DNA of 64,000 nt from a virus (taxonomy: Duplodnaviria > Heunggongvirae > Uroviricota > Caudoviricetes), in IMG/VR virus record IMGVR_UViG_3300033463_000007, positions 95,865-159,864 of that record; one strand, given 5' to 3'. This document shows, piece after piece, positions 63,736 through 64,000 of the stretch; within the stretch, counting starts at the first letter, position 1, and every line of letters begins with the position of its first letter. The position numbers were made by a program, and so were the translations under genes. The notes beneath the pieces are model-generated. The model did not search any database. It was given only the letters and a program-made list of their open reading frames with translations, and was not told the origin of the DNA.

Positions 63736-64000
63736 ATGACACAAAATTCAATTTTTCCAACTACGAACACCTTGTTAATAGGGGCAGATAATATTTTTAT
63801 TTTCTATTTATCTGCTGATTATAATAAATTAGCTGATAAAGCCATGATAGAAATTTCACAAGGATCAAGAATAGCTTTTACCACTGAAGTTTCAGGTCGT
63901 CTATATCAAGATAGAATTATTAATGGTTTTTCAATTAAAAATTATGGCCCAAAAGAAACAGGTACAGATAAATATGTTTATGAATTAATATATAGGCTTT
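63736..64000 (+). CDS. 3'-truncated hypothetical protein
   Basis: ATG 63736; frame stays open to the window end. Confidence 0.55.
   Translation, partial: MTQNSIFPTTNTLLIGADNIFIFYLSADYNKLADKAMIEISQGSRIAFTTEVSGRLYQDRIINGFSIKNYGPKETGTDKYVYELIYRL

Overview
This is a strongly AT-rich segment of a large tailed-phage genome, probably infecting a walled gut Bacillota (inference). All real genes are on the + strand. The fragmented ORF track is misleading: TGA is read as Trp (code 4). This joins the fragments into long genes, including a 2,897-aa tail-fibre-like protein. TGA-Trp codons are concentrated in genes downstream of a phage-specific GCTAAATTATAYGA motif (putative late promoter) and are nearly absent from blocks driven by sigmaA-like TGTATAAT/TGTATATT promoters. 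Contents in order: (1) 1-12.4 kb, accessory genes (FETNSSS-motif paralogues, a ROOL-like large ncRNA with tRNAs, two BspA-LRR cassettes, a vWA plus PurA-like triad, a radical SAM enzyme). (2) 12.5-27.6 kb, a virion-accessory operon with an Ig-domain protein carrying (YSN)5 repeats, one degenerate and two intact radical SAM/SPASM enzymes, and an array of paralogous modular proteins. (3) 27.6-31.7 kb, a deaminase, a KTSC protein and a SleB/3D hydrolase. (4) 31.7-36.8 kb, a complex RNA cluster: a split tRNA-Leu with a nested tRNA, a homing endonuclease and a group I intron; tRNA-Gln; an intron-containing tRNA-Asn; a ~500-nt candidate ncRNA; tRNA-Met; and four ACWGCAA hairpins flanking a DUF2828/vWA gene. 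(5) 38.3-63 kb, the tail-fibre/baseplate cluster. No CRISPR array, reverse transcriptase, UCA suppressor tRNA or release factor was seen. Family assignments come from motif recognition by eye, not database searches, and codon counts are manual.
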